NCBI GenBank assembly: GCA_016181165.1
Contig: JACOZU010000003.1
Coordinates: forward strand, 1 to 36,698
From: Candidatus Woesebacteria bacterium
GTDB lineage: Bacteria > Patescibacteriota > Microgenomatia > UBA8517
Direction of reading: 5' to 3'
DNA length: 36,698 bases
Shown: one piece after another, positions 35,432 to 36,698 of the stretch
Layout of the letters: the number at the start of each line of letters is the position of its first letter
Numbering within the stretch: position 1 is the first letter of the stretch
Made by a program: the position numbers and the translations under genes
The notes under the pieces: generated by a model
Seen by the model: the letters and a program-made list of their open reading frames with translations, nothing else
Told to the model about the DNA's origin: nothing
Databases searched by the model: none

Positions 35432-35860
35432 ATGAATAAAGGGCTTAATAAATTTCTTAACAAATCCGGCAATAACAAAATGTGTCCAGTGGCTTTCATT
35501 TTTAAAGATGGCAAACTACTGATTGGTTTAAGAGACTACACTCCAGATAAGTGGAAAAATATTTCTGTTTGGACTGCCCCAGGAGGAAGATGCGATAACG
35601 GAGAAACCTTGGAAACGACTCTTAGAAGAGAAGTTTACGAAGAGGTAGGCATCAACGAACTAAAATTTACCGATTATTTAGGAGGTGTTCCTGGGGCTAA
35701 AGAAGGTGATGTAATATTTGTTTTCAAGGCTGAAACAAATCAAGAACCAAAACTGCTTGAACCGAAAAAGTTTAGTGAGTGGAAATGGTGTGAACTTTCA
35801 GATATCCCTTCAAATTTCATAAATCCTGAATCTCTTAAACTTCTAAATATACAGGTTTAG
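35432..35860 (+). CDS. NUDIX hydrolase
   Basis: Complete Nudix box GGRCDNGETLETTLRREVYEEVG; TGTTAAAAT lies 6 nt upstream. Confidence 0.93.
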   Translation: MNKGLNKFLNKSGNNKMCPVAFIFKDGKLLIGLRDYTPDKWKNISVWTAPGGRCDNGETLETTLRREVYEEVGINELKFTDYLGGVPGAKEGDVIFVFKAETNQEPKLLEPKKFSEWKWCELSDIPSNFINPESLKLLNIQV

Positions 35861-35873
35861 CCTCAATTTTAGC

Positions 35874-35951
35874 TGGGGTGGCCAACGCGATTCGAACGCG
35901 CAACCTCTAGGTCCACAACCTAGCGCTCTAAACCGTTGAGCTATGGCCACC
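35874..35951 (-). tRNA. tRNA-His (GUG) with encoded G-1 and CCA
   Basis: GGTGGCCATAGCTCAACGGTTTAGAGCGCTAGGTTGTGGACCTAGAGGTTGCGCGTTCGAATCGCGTTGGCCACCCCA folds as a cloverleaf with anticodon GTG and G-1:C73. Confidence 0.97.
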
Positions 35952-35962
35952 AAGTCTTAGAT

Positions 35963-35971
35963 ATTATACCA
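35963..35971 (-). promoter_or_regulatory. Extended -10 for tRNA-His
   Basis: TGGTATAAT on the minus strand, 11 nt upstream of the tRNA. Confidence 0.75.
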
Positions 35972-35990
35972 AAAAATGGGTGCAGAAGAA

Positions 35991-36596
35991 CTATTCCGTA
36001 GCTATTTCTCTATAAACGACAAAAAGCACCAAAGACCCCAAAAGAGCAATCGTGCCGGCAGTTAAGAACAAAGAGCCGAAACCAAACTTTTCTGCTACAA
36101 ATCCTCCCAGTACGGCCGTTACTGCCCAGCTTAACTCGGTAGTGGTTGAATGCATCCCCCAGAGGAAAGACTCTCTTCCTTCTTCTATGTTTCTAGAAAA
36201 AAGGCCCATCCAGGCTGGGTAGGAGATAGCCCCGGCGACTCCGAAGAGAAATTCTATCAGGTAGATGTGTAAAGGAGATTTTGCCAGTATATAAAGAAGG
36301 ATGGCAATCGCCGAAAGTATACTTCCCAGAAAGGCCAGCCAAAAGTCTATTTTTTCGCCTTCGGTTTCATCTATTTTCATGCCTATTGGGATTTGCAGAA
36401 TGGATTTGGTCGCCAGATAGATAGCTTCAGCAATTCCTACCGTAACCAGCGTGGCTCCCGGTATTTGCTCGGTGACAAAAACGGCGAAAACAGGAGACAT
36501 TAAACCCCAGCCGGAGAAGATGATGACATCGGAGGCAACAAGAACCTTAAGGATCTTGTTGATGTTGAAGAGGTTTTTCCAGCCTACGCGATTCAT
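35991..36596 (-). CDS. Half-size (6-TM) MFS-like protein
   Basis: 201 aa with six hydrophobic segments, motif A-like G..IDE..G.K after TM2, and GG.VAE.FGF between TM5 and TM6. Confidence 0.85.
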   Translation of the reverse strand: MNRVGWKNLFNINKILKVLVASDVIIFSGWGLMSPVFAVFVTEQIPGATLVTVGIAEAIYLATKSILQIPIGMKIDETEGEKIDFWLAFLGSILSAIAILLYILAKSPLHIYLIEFLFGVAGAISYPAWMGLFSRNIEEGRESFLWGMHSTTTELSWAVTAVLGGFVAEKFGFGSLFLTAGTIALLGSLVLFVVYREIATE

Positions 36597-36698
36597 ATGG
36601 GAGCTCCTGACGTGATCTTAGCCAGACTGCCAGAGTTTATCAGATTGTTCCTATCTGACGGTCTATTACCTGATTTAGTTTATGCTTTAGGTCTAAAA

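Noticed and set aside
1..36698. Alternative genetic code (TGA=Gly as in Gracilibacteria/Absconditabacteria)
   Set aside because: Conserved genes such as gatC, gatB, eno and secG end at TGA at the expected positions.

Overview
Chromosomal window from a small-genome bacterium, by inference a Patescibacteria/CPR member (Microgenomates-like). This rests on tight gene packing, many -10 boxes directly in front of start codons, a DUF5652-type gene, a half-size MFS and a short UvrC. TGA is used as a stop codon. Most genes are + strand housekeeping: htpX, gatC-gatA-(MFS)-gatB, dnaE, rplS, MBL hydrolase, SOD, SurA-like, ruvC, holA-like, a pmm/pgi-pmi/ppsA/eno/gpmI sugar cluster, dedA, lexA divergent from uvrB..uvrA..uvrC, holin-like, secG, an orphan peptide-binding protein and tRNA-His. 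The best candidate for an undescribed system is an AT-rich three-gene cassette between uvrB and uvrA (25094-26205). It encodes two small, apparently paralogous proteins and a stand-alone cytoplasmic clan-CD (gingipain/caspase-fold) His-Cys protease. Other notable items: a uvrB with two in-frame deletions that remove helicase motifs; a GalE-fragment/unknown/LemA-tail mosaic at the left end; REP-like palindromes inside coding sequences; a Thr in place of the catalytic Ser of GpmI; a ~1.1 kb islet bounded by a duplicate of the tRNA-His 3' end; and a 6-TM half-MFS with a structured leader. All calls come from motif recognition by eye; no searches were run.
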